Shown here: in pieces, positions 50,952-51,721 of the stretch
Layout: every line of letters starts with the position of its first letter
Numbering within the stretch: the first letter of the stretch is position 1
From: an uncultured Alphaproteobacteria bacterium
Lineage (GTDB): Bacteria; Pseudomonadota; Alphaproteobacteria; HIMB59; GCA-002718135
Length of the DNA stretch: 51,721 nucleotides
Assembly: GCA_902518985.1 (NCBI GenBank)
Contig: CABYIF010000004.1
Span: forward strand, 1-51,721
Direction of reading: 5' to 3'
The notes under the pieces: generated by a model
Told to the model about the DNA's origin: nothing
Database searches by the model: none
What the model saw: only the letters and a program-made list of their open reading frames with translations
Program-made: the position numbers and the translations under genes

Positions 50952-51721
50952 TTAGTCAAAAATTTTCCCAGGATTCATAATATTATTTGGATCAAGAGTT
51001 TTTTTTATTGATTTCATAACAGGAATATTATTTGCATGTTGTTTAATAAGATATTCTTTTTTATGAATTCCAACTCCATGTTCACCTGTGATTGTACCTT
51101 CAAGTTGGAGCGCTTTATCGATAAGTTTATCACAAAAATTTCTAATTAAATCATAATCTTCTTTTTTTTCTGGATCGTAAAGGATAGTTGTATGAAAATT
51201 TCCATCTCCAACATGACCTACCATAGGAGCTTTAAGCCCATACTTTTGTACCTCTACTTCAGCAAATTTAATACATTCAACTAGTCTTGAAATTGGAACA
51301 CAAACATCTGTTGTATAAACTCTGGCATTATTCCTTTGTGATTTTACTGAATAATAAACATCATGTCTTGCTTTCCACAATTTATTTCTTGCTTCAGTTG
51401 TTTCTGCCCACTTAAATTTACTTCCTGAGTTATTATGAGAAAGATTTTCTACTACTTCTATATTCTCCTTATTAGAATTTTCACTACCATGAAATTCAAA
51501 GAAAAGAGTAGGTTTCGCTTCTAGATTTTCTAGGCCAGAATATTTTATACTTATATCCATTTGATCACTATTTAACATTTCTATTCTTGCTATAGGAATT
51601 CCATATTGGATTATTTCTTGTGCAGTTAATACAGCTTTTTCTAAACTTGGAAACTGGCAAACAGCACTCATGATACTTTCTGGTATAGGGGATAATCGTA
51701 AATGAATTTCAGTTATAATTC
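50952..51721 (-). CDS. FAD-linked oxidase, D-lactate dehydrogenase/GlcD family, 5' truncated by window edge
   Basis: Frame open to the window end (IITEIHLRL); TDVCVP, GHVGDGNFH, TGEHGVG, LDPNNIMNPGK. Confidence 0.88.
   Translation of the reverse strand, partial: IITEIHLRLSPIPESIMSAVCQFPSLEKAVLTAQEIIQYGIPIARIEMLNSDQMDISIKYSGLENLEAKPTLFFEFHGSENSNKENIEVVENLSHNNSGSKFKWAETTEARNKLWKARHDVYYSVKSQRNNARVYTTDVCVPISRLVECIKFAEVEVQKYGLKAPMVGHVGDGNFHTTILYDPEKKEDYDLIRNFCDKLIDKALQLEGTITGEHGVGIHKKEYLIKQHANNIPVMKSIKKTLDPNNIMNPGKIFD

Overview
AT-rich, gene-dense window with very short or overlapping intergenic gaps. Gene order (ribF-ileS-lspA; msbA-waaA-lpxK-lpxL; coxBA-ctaB-coxF-ctaG-coxC-surf1-M32-thrC-M16) points to a streamlined, probably marine alphaproteobacterium (SAR11 clade V/HIMB59-like; inference). 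Bases 1-13.2 kb form a sugar-catabolic island: a likely D-apiose isomerase/apulose kinase/split transketolase pathway, a CUT2 ABC transporter whose permease has a ~145-aa insertion, a PhyH-type 2OG-Fe dioxygenase, a Gfo/Idh/MocA dehydrogenase, a MocD-like di-iron oxygenase, a PanB paralog lacking its metal-binding motifs, gloA and xylA. Bases 13.3-41 kb are mostly housekeeping, including an unannotated 35-aa CoxF-like gene and a surf1 gene with no canonical start codon. Bases 41-51.7 kb carry a probable 3-keto-glycoside hydratase/oxidoreductase pair, an amt gene with no adjacent glnK that is preceded by two glnA-type glutamine riboswitch aptamers and followed by a hairpin exposing an anti-Shine-Dalgarno loop, dsbD-prx5, an LRA5-like SDR with an IlvD/Edd sugar-acid dehydratase, and a partial FAD-linked oxidase. 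No mobile elements, tRNA, rRNA or CRISPR were seen. All family calls come from motif recognition by eye; no searches were run.
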